Shown: positions 29,594 through 40,833 of the stretch, one piece after another
Layout of the letters: every line of letters starts with the position of its first letter
Position numbering within the stretch: the first letter of the stretch is position 1
From: Kiritimatiellia bacterium
Lineage (GTDB): Bacteria; Verrucomicrobiota; Kiritimatiellia; RZYC01
Reading direction: 5' to 3'
Length of the DNA stretch: 64,000 bases
Assembly: GCA_028708815.1 (NCBI GenBank)
Contig: JAQVYB010000001.1
Location: forward strand, 13,589 to 77,588
Notes under the pieces: model-generated
The model's database searches: none
What the model was told of the DNA's origin: nothing
The model's input: the letters and a program-made list of their open reading frames with translations, nothing else
Position numbers and translations under genes: made by a program

Positions 29594-31731
29594 TGAGAGT
29601 TTACGAATTAGCAAAAGAATTGAATGTTTCCAGCAAAGAGATACTGGAAAAACTGAACGGTTTCGGAGTCGAGGCCGCCAACCACATGTGTGCACTGACC
29701 GCTGAACAAATGGCGGTGGTTCATGAAAAACTGGCCGAAGAAGGGGTGACTCTTTCCGGCAAGCCGTCCGAGGCCTCCGGCGACGCGCCCGGGGAGCCGT
29801 CCATCGAGGAGGAAGAAGAGGAAGAAGAAACGCCTCCCGAGGAAGAGGAAGGGCCCAAGGCCATTCTGGTGGATGGCCCGATCATTGTGAAAGATTTCGC
29901 GACGGATCTGGGCATGAAACCCAATCAGTTGATTGCCGAATTGATGAAGCTCAACGTGTTTGCTTCCATCAACGCCAAACTGGATTTCAAAGTTGCGCAG
30001 AAGCTGGCCGAAAAGCACGACATGGTGCTGGAACTGCCGAAAAAAGAGCCACCGCCGCCTCCGCCGGCGCCTGTTGCGCCTCCCGTTGTGGAAGGGGGAG
30101 CCCTTCCGGAAGCGGAGGATGGGTCTGCTGCCACGCCGGAGGATGTCCGTGCCGCCGTAAAACGCCGCAAGGAAAAGGAAAAGAAAAAGAAGGCCAAGGC
30201 CTCGGAAGTGCAGGATGTCTATCAGGTGGATGCGCCGCCGGTGGTGACGTTTCTTGGTCACGTGGACCACGGCAAAACCTCGCTGCTCGACCGCATCCGG
30301 AATGCACGCGTAGCCTCCGGAGAAGACGGAGGAATCACACAGCATATCGGCGCCTATACGGTGGAATACAACGAGAAGAAAATTACGTTTTTGGATACAC
30401 CGGGGCATGCCGCCTTCACCTCCATGCGTGCACGCGGCGCCAACCTGACGCATGTGGCCGTACTCGTGGTGGCCGCCGATGATGGGATCATGCCGCAGAC
30501 CCGCGAAGCCATGCAGCACGCCCTGGCGGCGGAAGTCTGCATTATCGTGGCAATCAATAAAATGGATTTACCCAATGCCAACCCGGATCGCGTGAAGCAG
30601 CAGCTTCAGCAGGAAGGGCTCGCCCCGGAAGAATGGGGCGGGGAAGTGGGATGCTGCCTCGTCAGCGCGGCCACGGGCGAAGGGATTGATGAACTGCTCG
30701 GGCGTATTCTGCTCGAAGCGGAAATGCTTGAGCTTAAATGTACCCCCAACAAACCCGCCGATGGCTATGTGATCGAGGCGCAGATGGAGGCCGGAAGAGG
30801 CCCCACGGCGTCCATCCTGATCAGCGATGGCACGCTCAAGGTCGGGGATGCCGTGACCTGCGGTACATCCTGGGGCCGGGTGAAGTCGCTGATCAACGAC
30901 CATGGCATTATTGTGCGTACGGCGGGGCCCTCCACGCCCGTCAAGTGCATGGGCCTGACCAGCGTTCCGGAAGCGGGCGCGCGACTGGAAGTGCATAAGA
31001 ACGACAAGGAAGCCCGCGCCGTAGCCGAATCGCGTCAGGCGGATCGGCGGATGGATAATCTGACGCCGAAAAAGATGTCGCTGGATGACTGGATCGGCCA
31101 AACGGCGGAAAACAAGGCCAAGGAGATGGCCATTGTGCTGAAGGCGGACGTGAAAGGTTCGCTCGAAGCCATCAGTCAGGCCTTGGCGGATATCAAGAGC
31201 GACAAGGTGTCGGTCAATATTGTTCTGATGGGTGTGGGTAATATCAGCAACAACGATGTGCTGCTGGCCAGTGCCTCGAATGCGATTATTGTCGGCTTCC
31301 ACGTGGGTATGGAAAACGGCGTGCAGAAAACCGCCAAACACGAGGGCGTAGAAATGCGCCTGTATAACATTATTTACGAGCTGTTGGATCAGGTGCGCGA
31401 GGCCATGTCCGGGATGTTGGATCCCGAGGTGCGCGAGAGTGTCACGGGGCATGCGAAGGTGCTGCAGGTGTTCTCGCTGGGCAAGCGAAACCGGGTGGCC
31501 GGCTGTGTCTGTACGGATGGGCGCATCGCCTCGAAGTCCAATGCGCGCGTGCTGCGCGATGGTTCGGTTGTTTTCCAGGGGCGCCTGGCGTCGCTGAAGC
31601 GTTACCAGAACGATGCGGCCGAAGTGCGTGAAACACAGGAATGCGGGCTGCGTATCGGTGATTTTGAGGATTACAAGGAAGAGGACATCATCGAGTTTTT
31701 CCAAGTGGAGCGGATTACGCAGGCTCTGTAA
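29590..31731 (+). CDS. infB: Translation initiation factor IF-2
   Basis: G-domain motifs [21 protein letters not shown] and NKMD, plus the C-terminal beta-barrel domains. Confidence 0.95.
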   Translation: MMRVYELAKELNVSSKEILEKLNGFGVEAANHMCALTAEQMAVVHEKLAEEGVTLSGKPSEASGDAPGEPSIEEEEEEEETPPEEEEGPKAILVDGPIIVKDFATDLGMKPNQLIAELMKLNVFASINAKLDFKVAQKLAEKHDMVLELPKKEPPPPPPAPVAPPVVEGGALPEAEDGSAATPEDVRAAVKRRKEKEKKKKAKASEVQDVYQVDAPPVVTFLGHVDHGKTSLLDRIRNARVASGEDGGITQHIGAYTVEYNEKKITFLDTPGHAAFTSMRARGANLTHVAVLVVAADDGIMPQTREAMQHALAAEVCIIVAINKMDLPNANPDRVKQQLQQEGLAPEEWGGEVGCCLVSAATGEGIDELLGRILLEAEMLELKCTPNKPADGYVIEAQMEAGRGPTASILISDGTLKVGDAVTCGTSWGRVKSLINDHGIIVRTAGPSTPVKCMGLTSVPEAGARLEVHKNDKEARAVAESRQADRRMDNLTPKKMSLDDWIGQTAENKAKEMAIVLKADVKGSLEAISQALADIKSDKVSVNIVLMGVGNISNNDVLLASASNAIIVGFHVGMENGVQKTAKHEGVEMRLYNIIYELLDQVREAMSGMLDPEVRESVTGHAKVLQVFSLGKRNRVAGCVCTDGRIASKSNARVLRDGSVVFQGRLASLKRYQNDAAEVRETQECGLRIGDFEDYKEEDIIEFFQVERITQAL

Positions 31732-31806
31732 TCAGTCGAATTTTTCCATTCTCCATCGGGCGGTTTCCGCGAGGCGCCGCTAACACATTTATTCCAGGGG
31801 TGATGT

Positions 31807-32217
31807 ATGTCTGAAAAGCGCATGGTCAGGGTGAATGAGCTGATCAAACGAACGCTGGCCGAGCACATGCACCGCGTACTGGGGGCGTCCGGGTTTGACC
31901 TGGTGGCGGCCACCATCACGCGCGTCAAGACCAGCCCCGACCTGCGGGATGCCTACGTCCATGTGAGCATCCTCGGCCACGAGGGGGAACGCGACGACAT
32001 GATCCGTTTCCTGGATCACCACCGCAAGGATTTTCAGGCCGATCTGGGGCGCTCCGTTCGTCTGCGTTATACCCCGCGCCTCTGGTTTCGACTGGATGAA
32101 TCCATTGAAAAGGGCGATCATGTGCTTGGGATCATGGCCGAAATCGAGCGGGAAACCCCGCTGAATGCCGAAGAACCGACGCCGGAAACGGATGGAGAAG
32201 AACGGCATGACGATTGA
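31807..32217 (+). CDS. rbfA: Ribosome-binding factor A
   Basis: MSEKRMVRVNELIKRTLAEHMHRVL. 136 aa with an acidic C-terminal tail. Confidence 0.9.
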   Translation: MSEKRMVRVNELIKRTLAEHMHRVLGASGFDLVAATITRVKTSPDLRDAYVHVSILGHEGERDDMIRFLDHHRKDFQADLGRSVRLRYTPRLWFRLDESIEKGDHVLGIMAEIERETPLNAEEPTPETDGEERHDD

Positions 32218-32962
32218 TGGGAGTAGGATGTATGCCGCGCCGCGCAGCTCGCAGGATTCCCTTGACGGCCTGCTGCTGGTGGATAAGCCCTCCGGCTTCA
32301 CCTCGCACGATGTGGTCGCTAAGTTCCGCTCCACGTTTCGCTTTAAAAAAGTGGGTCACGGCGGGACACTGGATCCGGCGGCGACCGGTCTGCTGGTGCT
32401 GCTTCTTGGTCGAGGAACCAAGCTTTCCGATCGCGTAATGGGCGGCGACAAGGCCTATGAAGGTACGATCAGGCTGGGGGTGGCCACCAACACCCAGGAT
32501 GCCGATGGCGAGATCCTGGAAGAACGTGACGCCTCGCAGGTGACGCGCGACATGCTGGAAGCCGAAATGCAGCGGCTCACCGGGGATATCATGCAAACGC
32601 CGCCGATGGTGTCGGCCATTAAGCAGAACGGCGTCCCCCTCTATAAACTCGCCCGAAAAGGTGTGGAGGTCGAGCGTGCCGCACGACTGATTCACATTTA
32701 CGATTTTCGCCTGTTGGATTTTGAAAATCCTTGCGCTCGGTTTTCGGTGCGCTGCACGAAGGGAACCTATGTGCGCACGCTGTGCGCCGACATCGGCGCA
32801 GCGTTGGGCTGCGGGGCGCACCTGGAGTCGCTGTGCCGGACGCGGAGCGGGGCGCTCAGTCTGAGCGACGCCCTCCCGCTCGCGGATATTCTACGCATGT
32901 CGCGCGAGGAACTGCGCCCGCATCTGATTTCCATACACGACGTCATTCGCAGAGGGTTGTGA
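32207..32962 (+). CDS. truB: tRNA pseudouridine(55) synthase TruB
   Basis: LLLVDKPSGFTSHDVV...VGHGGTLDPAATGLLVLLLG, including the catalytic Asp motif. Start uncertain; the ORF-track start is 32165. Confidence 0.88.
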   Translation: MTIDGSRMYAAPRSSQDSLDGLLLVDKPSGFTSHDVVAKFRSTFRFKKVGHGGTLDPAATGLLVLLLGRGTKLSDRVMGGDKAYEGTIRLGVATNTQDADGEILEERDASQVTRDMLEAEMQRLTGDIMQTPPMVSAIKQNGVPLYKLARKGVEVERAARLIHIYDFRLLDFENPCARFSVRCTKGTYVRTLCADIGAALGCGAHLESLCRTRSGALSLSDALPLADILRMSREELRPHLISIHDVIRRGL

Positions 32963-32969
32963 GTATGCC

Positions 32970-33926
32970 ATGAAGGTGATCCGCTATCCCGAACAGCAGC
33001 TGGAAGACCAAGGGGCGGTGGTGCTGGCCATTGGTTTTTTTGATGGTGTTCATCTGGGGCATCGGGCCGTGCTGGAGGAGGCGGTGCGCCGTGCGCGTGA
33101 GGCGGGAGGCGAGGCTTGGGTGATGACGTTTGATCCTCATCCGCTCAGTGTGATCAACCCATCGTCCGCGCCGCGCTTGCTGACCTCTGCCGATCACAAA
33201 TGCCGTCTCTTCGAAGAACTTGGTCTGGATGGATGCATTCTGATGAGCTTTGACCGCGCCATGCAGCAACGCTCCCCGGAAGATTTCTTTCACCTGCTGA
33301 CGGAGCAGATTCCCGGCCTGCTGCGAATCGTGGTTGGGCGCAATTGGACGTTCGGCTCCGGGCACCGGGGCGATACGGCCCTGCTGCGTTCCCTGGCCGA
33401 GACCCGGGGTATACGGATATCGGTGGTGCCGCAGGTGATCAGCGGCGATGGCTCTATTTCCAGTACGCGCATCCGCGAGGCGGTTTTGATGGGGGATTTG
33501 GAACAGGCGCGTGCCTGGCTCGGTCGCCCGTTCAGCATCTTCGGCCAGGTGGTGCATGGACATAAAATCGGACGCGAACTCGGCTATCCCACAGCCAACG
33601 TCAAACCGCACAATGAAGTGCATCTGCCCGATGGTATTTATGCCGCACGCGCCAAGCTCGATGGTGAAACCTATCCCGGCGCCGCCTATGTGGGGTGCCG
33701 CCCCACCTTTCAGGGAACGGCCTGGGTGGTGGAAATATTTCTGCTCGATCAGCGCTTTGATTTGTACGGGCGCGACATGGAAATCCAGTTTCTTCACAAA
33801 GTGCGTGATGACCGCGCCTTCTCCGATGCCGCCGCCCTGCGTGCGCAAATCACTCTCGACATCGAAACAGTCCGCCGCCTGATCGCACAGCAAGGCTGTG
33901 CGGCGCGGGAGGCAGACCCGCGTTGA
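32970..33926 (+). CDS. ribF: Bifunctional riboflavin kinase / FMN adenylyltransferase RibF
   Basis: VLAIGFFDGVHLGHRAVLEEA is the FAD synthetase HxGH-type motif. C-terminal riboflavin kinase domain. Confidence 0.9.
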   Translation: MKVIRYPEQQLEDQGAVVLAIGFFDGVHLGHRAVLEEAVRRAREAGGEAWVMTFDPHPLSVINPSSAPRLLTSADHKCRLFEELGLDGCILMSFDRAMQQRSPEDFFHLLTEQIPGLLRIVVGRNWTFGSGHRGDTALLRSLAETRGIRISVVPQVISGDGSISSTRIREAVLMGDLEQARAWLGRPFSIFGQVVHGHKIGRELGYPTANVKPHNEVHLPDGIYAARAKLDGETYPGAAYVGCRPTFQGTAWVVEIFLLDQRFDLYGRDMEIQFLHKVRDDRAFSDAAALRAQITLDIETVRRLIAQQGCAAREADPR

Positions 33927-34158
33927 AATCATCCAAATAAAAATCGGCATTTCAATAGCGGTTTTGTCTTGGATTCCGGCCCCGATTTCGATAGCGATAG
34001 CGATGGGGATGGAGCCGCGAGGACGGGATTGATCTGCCTCGGGCCGACAGGATGGAAAAAAGTGAACATGGGGCTTTACAATGAACAGGGGCCTATCTAT
34101 ATTGGCCGCCCAAACAAACAGAAGTAAGAAAGCAGTAGAGAATTCTACAAAGGTAGTT

Positions 34159-34422
34159 ATGGATACAGAGACCAAGACCACGATTGAAAAAGAGTACCAG
34201 ATGCACGAACGCGATACCGGTTCATCCGATGTGCAAATTGCCCTCCTTACGCGTCGTATTCAGGAATTGACCGATCACCTTAAGCTGCATAAGAAGGATC
34301 ACAGTTCGCGTCGCGGCCTGATCATGATGGTCAGCAAGCGCCGCCGTCTGCTGGATTATGTCAAAAAGAAAAATACCGAGCACTACCGGGAGCTGATTCA
34401 GCGCCTCGGTTTGCGCCGCTAA
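34159..34422 (+). CDS. rpsO: 30S ribosomal protein S15
   Basis: Near-universal S15 sequence [39 protein letters not shown]. Start at MDTETK; ORF-track start is 34081. Confidence 0.93.
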   Translation: MDTETKTTIEKEYQMHERDTGSSDVQIALLTRRIQELTDHLKLHKKDHSSRRGLIMMVSKRRRLLDYVKKKNTEHYRELIQRLGLRR

Positions 34423-34494
34423 TGTTTTCTTCAGCGCACCCAGTTTTATTATCCGTCCCGGCAAAAACGGGATCACCTAAGTCGAAACAGCAAT

Positions 34495-34530
34495 CTGCGG
34501 AATGCGGCGGCCTGTCTGCCGCCCCCGCAG
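34495..34530 (+). promoter_or_regulatory. Extended GC-rich hairpin in the pnp 5' leader (candidate RNase III processing / PNPase autoregulatory stem-loop)
   Basis: CTGCGG-AATGCGGCGGCC-TGTCT-GCCGCC-CCCGCAG forms a nested hairpin between rpsO and pnp. Confidence 0.5.
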
Positions 34531-34623
34531 AAGGTCTGTATTCCTCTTTCAGCCATTCACATCTTCTGTCGGAATACGAATGAGACCGCGGACAAACCGC
34601 AAGTAGGAGAAAAGAGAATAAGT

Positions 34624-36735
34624 ATGACAAAAATAACCAGGGTAGAAGCAGATATAAACGGGAAACCCCTCGTTTTCGAAACAGGCCTGCTGGCTTCGCA
34701 GGCACAGGGCGCCGTCACTGTACGCGCCGGAGACACCGTCCTTTTTTCGGCGGTGACCATCAGTAAAACCGTGCGCGAAGGAGTGGATTTCTTTCCGCTT
34801 CAGGTCGAATACCGCGAAAAATTCTATGCCGCAGGGCGTTTTCCCGGCGGATACTTCAAACGGGAGGCCAAACCCTCGGAAAAAGAAGTGCTGACGATGC
34901 GCGTGACGGATCGTCCCATTCGCCCACTTTTCCCGGACGGGTATTACAATGAAGTGCAGATTAACAACATGGTCATGTCGGCGGACGGCCAGAACGAGCC
35001 GGACGTCCTCAGCATCAACGGCGCGAGCGCCGCACTGATGCTTTCGGAAGCCCCGTTCATGGGCCCGATCGGCGCCGTGCGCGTTGGGCGGGTCGATGGC
35101 AATTTCATCGTCAATCCAACGCATGACGAAGTTCAGGCGGGCGATCTGGATCTGGTCTATGTGGGCCACCGTACGCTCCCGATGATGATCGAAGGCAGTG
35201 CGAAGGAACTCTCCGAGGCCGATCTGGTCGCGGCGATGAAATTTGCCCAGCCGTTTGTTGAAAAGATCATTGCGGCGCAGCTTGAGCTGCGGCGTGAGGC
35301 CGGTCTGCCGGATAAGGTGATGACGGAACCTGAAAAGGATACCGCTCTGCTGGACAAGGCACGCGAGCTGGTGGGTGAGAAGTTTTCCGCCGCCCTGCTC
35401 ATCGCAGGCAAGCAGGAACGGCACGATGCCGTGACGGCCATCAAGGAAGAGCTGAATGCGAAGCTCCTGGAAATCAATCAGGAACTGGAAGCCGGAACGT
35501 TTTCCCATCTGTTTGATGAACTCGAAATTGAACTGGTCCGCAAAAACGTATTGCTTCACGGCAAGCGTATTGACGGGCGCGCCTCCAACGAACTGCGTCC
35601 GCTGGGCGGGCAGGTTGGCCTGTTGCCCCGTACGCACGGCTCCTCGCTGTTTAATCGCGGTGAAACGCAGGCCATGGCCGTGGTCACCCTGGGCACCATG
35701 AAGGACACGCAGAGCGTGGATGCGGTGACCGGCGGTGTGGCGGAAAAGAAATTCCTGCTGCACTACAACTTCCCGCCGTATTGCACGGGCGAGGTGCGTC
35801 GTCTTGGTTTTACCAGCCGTCGTGAAATCGGACACGGCAATCTGGCCGAACGCTCCCTGCTGCAGGTGGTGCCGGAGGATTATCCCTACTCGATTCGCGT
35901 GGTTTCCGAAATCATGGGCTCGAACGGTTCGTCATCCATAGCGAGCGTCTGTGCGGGTTGTCTGGCGCTGATGGATGCGGGTGTGAGCATCACTAAGCCG
36001 GTGGCCGGCATTTCGATTGGTCTGTTCACCGGCGAAGGCAAAGCCGAACTGGTGACGGATATTCTCGGTGCCGAAGACCACTGCGGTGACATGGACTTCA
36101 AAGTATCCGGGACGAAAGACGGCATCACTGGTTTTCAGGTGGACCTGAAAATTCGTGGTCTGGAGTGGGATTTGGTTGCCGGCGCCTTTGAACAGGCCCG
36201 CGTAGCCCGCCTGCAGATTCTGGAATTCATGAAAGGCGTTATCGAAGCGCCTCGCAGCGAGCTTTCCGAGTATGCCCCGCGTATTCATGTTATGAAAATT
36301 GATCCGGAGAAGATCGGCCTGCTGATCGGACCGGGCGGAAAGAACATCCGCGGGATCACCGAACGTACGGGCACCCAGATTGATATCGAAGACGATGGCT
36401 CTGTAAGCATTTTTGCCGTGGATAAAACCGCGCTGGATGCCGCCATCATGGAAGTCTCCGCGCTGACTGCCGAGGCCGAGATCGACAAGATCTATCACGG
36501 TCGCGTCACGGGCATCAAAGACTTCGGCGCCTTCGTCGAAATCATCCCCGGAAAAGACGGGCTTGTCCATATCAGCCAACTGGCTGATTTCCGCGTGAAG
36601 GCGGTGGAGGATGTTTGTCAGATCGGCGATATGATGTGGGTGAAGTGCATCGGAGTCGATGATCGCGGCAAGATCAAACTCAGCCGCAAGGAAGCCATGG
36701 AAGAAATGGACGGCACCGCCGCCGCCGAAGAATAA
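34624..36735 (+). CDS. pnp: Polyribonucleotide nucleotidyltransferase (PNPase)
   Basis: Two RNase PH domains followed by KH and S1 domains. 703 aa. Confidence 0.95.
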   Translation: MTKITRVEADINGKPLVFETGLLASQAQGAVTVRAGDTVLFSAVTISKTVREGVDFFPLQVEYREKFYAAGRFPGGYFKREAKPSEKEVLTMRVTDRPIRPLFPDGYYNEVQINNMVMSADGQNEPDVLSINGASAALMLSEAPFMGPIGAVRVGRVDGNFIVNPTHDEVQAGDLDLVYVGHRTLPMMIEGSAKELSEADLVAAMKFAQPFVEKIIAAQLELRREAGLPDKVMTEPEKDTALLDKARELVGEKFSAALLIAGKQERHDAVTAIKEELNAKLLEINQELEAGTFSHLFDELEIELVRKNVLLHGKRIDGRASNELRPLGGQVGLLPRTHGSSLFNRGETQAMAVVTLGTMKDTQSVDAVTGGVAEKKFLLHYNFPPYCTGEVRRLGFTSRREIGHGNLAERSLLQVVPEDYPYSIRVVSEIMGSNGSSSIASVCAGCLALMDAGVSITKPVAGISIGLFTGEGKAELVTDILGAEDHCGDMDFKVSGTKDGITGFQVDLKIRGLEWDLVAGAFEQARVARLQILEFMKGVIEAPRSELSEYAPRIHVMKIDPEKIGLLIGPGGKNIRGITERTGTQIDIEDDGSVSIFAVDKTALDAAIMEVSALTAEAEIDKIYHGRVTGIKDFGAFVEIIPGKDGLVHISQLADFRVKAVEDVCQIGDMMWVKCIGVDDRGKIKLSRKEAMEEMDGTAAAEE

Positions 36736-36760
36736 AATTCCGGCTTCGGAAATCGTGTAA

Positions 36761-36791
36761 AGGGCGTTGCTTCGGCAACGCCCTTTTTTTA
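36761..36791 (+). terminator. Rho-independent terminator after pnp
   Basis: Hairpin AGGGCGTTGC-TTCG-GCAACGCCCT followed by TTTTTTT. Confidence 0.85.
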
Positions 36792-36795
36792 TCCT

Positions 36796-37458
36796 GTGCC
36801 CATGCCCTTGAAAAAAGTTTCGCCGTCCGAGAAAAAAAGAGCGCAGCGGATTCTGCGCGGTTTTCGCGTCATGTATCCCGAAGCGCAGTGCGAGCTGATT
36901 CACGCCAATTCCTTTCAATTGGCCGTGGCGGCGATTCTTTCCGCGCAGTGTACCGACAAGCGCGTGAATCAGGTCACCCCGCCGCTCTTTAAGAAATACC
37001 CTCGTGTGGAGGATTGGGCCGCCATCCCGCAGGCCACCCTCGAAAAGGATATTCATTCCACCGGGTTTTTCCGCAACAAGGCCGCGAATATCCGGGGGTT
37101 GGCCAGAGAGCTGCTGGAACGATTCAATGGGGAACTCCCGCAAGATCTCGAAACCCTGATCACCTTGCCGGGCATCGGCCGAAAAACCGCGAATGTACTG
37201 CTTATCAGTGCCTTCGGACGGCCCGGCATCACCGTGGATACGCATTGCAGGAGGGTCACTCAACGCCTCGGTTTTACGAAAAGCGTCAACCCCGAACACA
37301 TCGAAACCGAATTGAAGGTGCTCCTGCCGGAAAAAGACTGGGGCGACTGGTCGCACGGAATCGTATTTCACGGGCGCTACTGCTGCAAGGCCCGAACCCC
37401 CGCCTGTGATCAATGCCGAATCGCTGCCGACTGCCCGTCCCGGAAAGGACAGGCGTGA
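36796..37458 (+). CDS. nth: Endonuclease III (DNA glycosylase/AP lyase)
   Basis: HhH-GPD motif LPGIGRKTANVLL. C-terminal 4Fe-4S cluster ligands CKARTPACDQCRIAADCP. Confidence 0.9.
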   Translation: MPMPLKKVSPSEKKRAQRILRGFRVMYPEAQCELIHANSFQLAVAAILSAQCTDKRVNQVTPPLFKKYPRVEDWAAIPQATLEKDIHSTGFFRNKAANIRGLARELLERFNGELPQDLETLITLPGIGRKTANVLLISAFGRPGITVDTHCRRVTQRLGFTKSVNPEHIETELKVLLPEKDWGDWSHGIVFHGRYCCKARTPACDQCRIAADCPSRKGQA

Positions 37459-37752
37459 GCAACGGGTTTGCAGATCGAGAAGGTCTTCATAAAGAAAGGC
37501 GATGAATCTCTGTCTGTCTTTCCGTTCCTGAGTGCCGGTCTCCAGATGATGTTGAGGGGATGGTCATTCACGTGGCAGAAGGCAACGGGGATTGATCATA
37601 GACCGGAACAGGATGCTGCTGAAAAAACGCAGTACGGGAGTGTTTCCGAGCTTCCGGATCAGGGCGGGGTGTGGGTCGCCTTCAGCCGCTATAAACAGGC
37701 AATCTGTTGGTAGTTCATGGCATGCCCCGCAACCGGTTGGCGAAGGAAAAGA

Positions 37753-37828
37753 TGGAGCCGGCTCTCGGATTCGAACCGAGGACCTGCTGATTACAAGTCA
37801 GCTGCTCTGCCAACTGAGCTAAGCCGGC
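37753..37828 (-). tRNA. tRNA-Thr (anticodon TGT), 76 nt, CCA encoded
   Basis: Minus strand reads GCCGGCT-TA-GCTCAGTTGGCAGAGC-AGCTGA-CTTGTAA-TCAGC-AGGTC-CTCGGTTCGAATCCGAG-AGCCGGC-T-CCA. Confidence 0.85.
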
Positions 37829-37912
37829 TCCGTGCAGGATGGAGTATCCTGTAAAACGGGGGCATTATCTGGCTTTTGACTGCGTTGTCAAGCCGGTAAC
37901 CCGATAGCGATT

Positions 37913-38332
37913 TTAGCGGAAAGAGGTACGCATCACAAACTTGCCGGCAATCATCAGGGCGATGCCGATGATCAAACAGGCAGCGGCTTTCAGAATGATC
38001 AGGATGGTGATTTCCTTCACGTGGAAAAAGCTCAATGAACCGATGATGGCGGTGATGAAGCCGATGATTCCGATAAAAAATCCCATGTATGGATTCATCA
38101 GCAGGCTTCGAATTAAGATTCGCCGTGAGGGGAGGGGGCGTCCTTTGATTCGGGCGTGTCTCCGCTCGCTGCGGTAGTCCGACACCGAAAAGGCCACGCC
38201 GACAAAAGGCAGCGCCAAGATGCAAATGCCCAAAAAAACGGGGCCTGACTCAAACATAAACCCAAGTGCTACCATTTTGTCTGCTCCTGTCCATTCCGGG
38301 AAATGCATAACAGGAAGCGGGAGATGAGTCAA
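37913..38332 (-). CDS. Small polytopic membrane protein, hypothetical
   Basis: 139 aa with 3-4 hydrophobic helices. Start uncertain. Confidence 0.45.
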   Translation of the reverse strand: MTHLPLPVMHFPEWTGADKMVALGFMFESGPVFLGICILALPFVGVAFSVSDYRSERRHARIKGRPLPSRRILIRSLLMNPYMGFFIGIIGFITAIIGSLSFFHVKEITILIILKAAACLIIGIALMIAGKFVMRTSFR

Positions 38333-40660
38333 CGCTTGCCATCCGGGAGGGGTTTGGGCAGTATCCCGCGTATGTTAGAGAAATACATGCTTCATTTGAT
38401 GAATGAACCGTCGCGCGTGGTTGCCTTCACGGATCGAGTGGGTGGTTTTTGGGATGGTCAGACGTTTTCCCGGAATCAACATGAAGGCTATATGATTTCG
38501 GGTCGGCGCTATCTGAAGGAGTTGTATCTGGCGGCGGATGAAACGACGCTGGATCCGGCGAATGCGGTGTCGGTGGATGTGTGCCCGCATCAGTTGGTGC
38601 AGCGTTGGGGCGAGGGCTTTTCGGCGGGTTGGACGGTTCTACAGGGCGAGCATGGTCTCATCGTTACGCTGAAGGCGGAACGCCCGGTGGTTTGGCGTGT
38701 GGCTGCGGTTTTTCATGAGGCGCCGGAGCAGGAGACGGTTTCGACGGATGGCCGGATGCTTCGGGTGGAGAGGGAAGCGGGCGACTGGCAGACGGGTTTT
38801 CGGCTGGATGGTCCGGCGAAATGTACCTCACTGGATGCAGGGGCCGGCCCGACCCGTGCGCCGTGGGAGGATGCCCGGTGTTGCAGCAACCAACTTGAAT
38901 CGGAGCCGCTGGCCACCTGCTCGCTGATTATACTGTTTGACCTGGAAGGGGACGCGCTGGAGCGGCGCTTGAAGGAATGGGCAGCCGATCCGGCGCGTGC
39001 CGCGAGGGAACGCTCGGAGCGGGTGGAGAATCTGCTCGCGCAATCCTGGGTGGAAACGAATGATCCCGAGTATGATCGGGCGCTGGCCTGGGCGAAAATT
39101 TCGGCGAATGAGCTGGTCGTGAAGGAGTTCAGCAAAGGGATCTGGGCCGGGTTGCCTTGGTTTCATCAAGGATGGGGGCGTGATACGTTTATCTCTCTGC
39201 CGGGTACGTCGATGGTCACCGGGCAGTTTCAGGATGCGGCGGATATTATACGCGGGTTTGCGGGTTATCAGATTACCGATCCGAATCATCCGTTATATGG
39301 ACGGATCCCGAACCGCGTTTGCTCTCCTACGGACATCATTTACAACACGACAGATGGTACGCCCTGGCTGATTCGTGAAATTGCCGAATATGTGCTTTGG
39401 ACGGGTGATCGGGCGTTTGCGGAGGAGATGCTTCCTGTGGTGCGGCGCGCCATCGAGGGCGTGCTGAAACATTTCACGGATGAATTTGGTTTTATGACGC
39501 ACGAGGATGCGGATACGTGGATGGATGCGAAGCTGGATGGGCGGGAGGCCTGGTCGCCCCGCGGCAATCGGGCGGTGGATATTCAGGTGTTGTGGCACAC
39601 GCAGCTTGAAGCGGGTGCCTGGATGGCCCGCTTGAACGGGCATGAGGCGGAGGCGGAGGCCTGGCAGCGGCAGGCCGACCGGTTGAAAGAGAATTTCAGG
39701 CGCCTCTTCACGGATGCGGAGCATGAGGCGTTGTTTGATCATTTGAATGAGGATGGTTCGCCGGATCATCAGGTGCGGCCCAACCAACTCTTCGCGCTCA
39801 CGATTCCGCTCTTCGGTGAACTGATCGAGCCGTCGTTGCAGAGCGGAGTCGTTCACCAGGTCGTGACGGAGTTGACCTACCCCTACGGCGTGGCGTCGCT
39901 GGCTCAGCAGGATGCGCATTTTCATCCGTATCATCACAATCAGATTTATCATTTTGATGCAGCGTATCACAATGGGCTCTGCTGGCAATGGAATGCGGGT
40001 CCGGCGGTGGGCGGTATGGTGAAGGTGGGGCAGAGCGATCTGGCTTTTGAGCTGACGAAGAATCTGGCCGGCCAGATTCTGGGCGAGGGCATGCCCGGCT
40101 CGATGTCCGAATTGGTGGAGCCGCTGAAGGATGACGAGGGGCACCTGGTGCTGACAGGAACCTATTCGCAGGCGTGGTCGGTAGCGGAATTCGTCCGTAA
40201 TTTTTATCAGGATTACCTGGGGATTCGGGTGGATATGACGGAGCGGCGGTTGGTGTTCGAGCCGCGCCTTCCGAAGGCGCTGCAGCAGATTTCCTGCGTG
40301 CTGACTCTTGGAAACAAAGAGCAGATCAAGGTGTCCAGGGAGGGGTCGGACCGGATCGGCGTTGAGGCGTCGCATCTGGATGCCCCGCTTACGCTACTGG
40401 TACGGCTGCCCGATGAGCAGCGGGCGATTCATGAAATTTCGATGGTTTTGGAACCGGGAGCTGCTCGAATGCTGGAGGTGCAGGATCGGGTGGCCATGCG
40501 GGTGACGCTGGATGGTCGGGACTGCCGGGCGGTCCGGACCGATGCCTGTCTTTCGGCGCCTGATCCCTCGTTTCATTTTCAGACGCCCCGCCTTGAGCCC
40601 GACCTGCAAACGCTCAAGGTTCCGGATTTTCTGCAGCGGATTATTCGTCCGGGCTCGTGA
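38303..40660 (+). CDS. Amylo-alpha-1,6-glucosidase / glycogen debranching enzyme, archaeal-type GDE_C family
   Basis: Central (alpha/alpha)6 barrel region (GIWAGLPWFHQGWGRDTFISLPG, TDGTPWLIREIAEYVLWTGD) is typical of the GDE_C family. Start ambiguous; internal Mets at 38324 and 38372. Confidence 0.7.
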   Translation: MHNRKREMSQRLPSGRGLGSIPRMLEKYMLHLMNEPSRVVAFTDRVGGFWDGQTFSRNQHEGYMISGRRYLKELYLAADETTLDPANAVSVDVCPHQLVQRWGEGFSAGWTVLQGEHGLIVTLKAERPVVWRVAAVFHEAPEQETVSTDGRMLRVEREAGDWQTGFRLDGPAKCTSLDAGAGPTRAPWEDARCCSNQLESEPLATCSLIILFDLEGDALERRLKEWAADPARAARERSERVENLLAQSWVETNDPEYDRALAWAKISANELVVKEFSKGIWAGLPWFHQGWGRDTFISLPGTSMVTGQFQDAADIIRGFAGYQITDPNHPLYGRIPNRVCSPTDIIYNTTDGTPWLIREIAEYVLWTGDRAFAEEMLPVVRRAIEGVLKHFTDEFGFMTHEDADTWMDAKLDGREAWSPRGNRAVDIQVLWHTQLEAGAWMARLNGHEAEAEAWQRQADRLKENFRRLFTDAEHEALFDHLNEDGSPDHQVRPNQLFALTIPLFGELIEPSLQSGVVHQVVTELTYPYGVASLAQQDAHFHPYHHNQIYHFDAAYHNGLCWQWNAGPAVGGMVKVGQSDLAFELTKNLAGQILGEGMPGSMSELVEPLKDDEGHLVLTGTYSQAWSVAEFVRNFYQDYLGIRVDMTERRLVFEPRLPKALQQISCVLTLGNKEQIKVSREGSDRIGVEASHLDAPLTLLVRLPDEQRAIHEISMVLEPGAARMLEVQDRVAMRVTLDGRDCRAVRTDACLSAPDPSFHFQTPRLEPDLQTLKVPDFLQRIIRPGS

Positions 40661-40833
40661 GCGGACGGCGGCGCATCGGGTAGGGTGAATGCCTCCGGCT
40701 GAGCCGTGGAGGTTGGCTCACCAGAAGGGATTGCATGACCGTCAACGACGGCTCACCGGGACGGTTCGCCCTACCAACGTCCGCTCGGCGAGCGGTCGGC
40801 CACTTGCATACGAAATATTGAAAACGGATTGCT

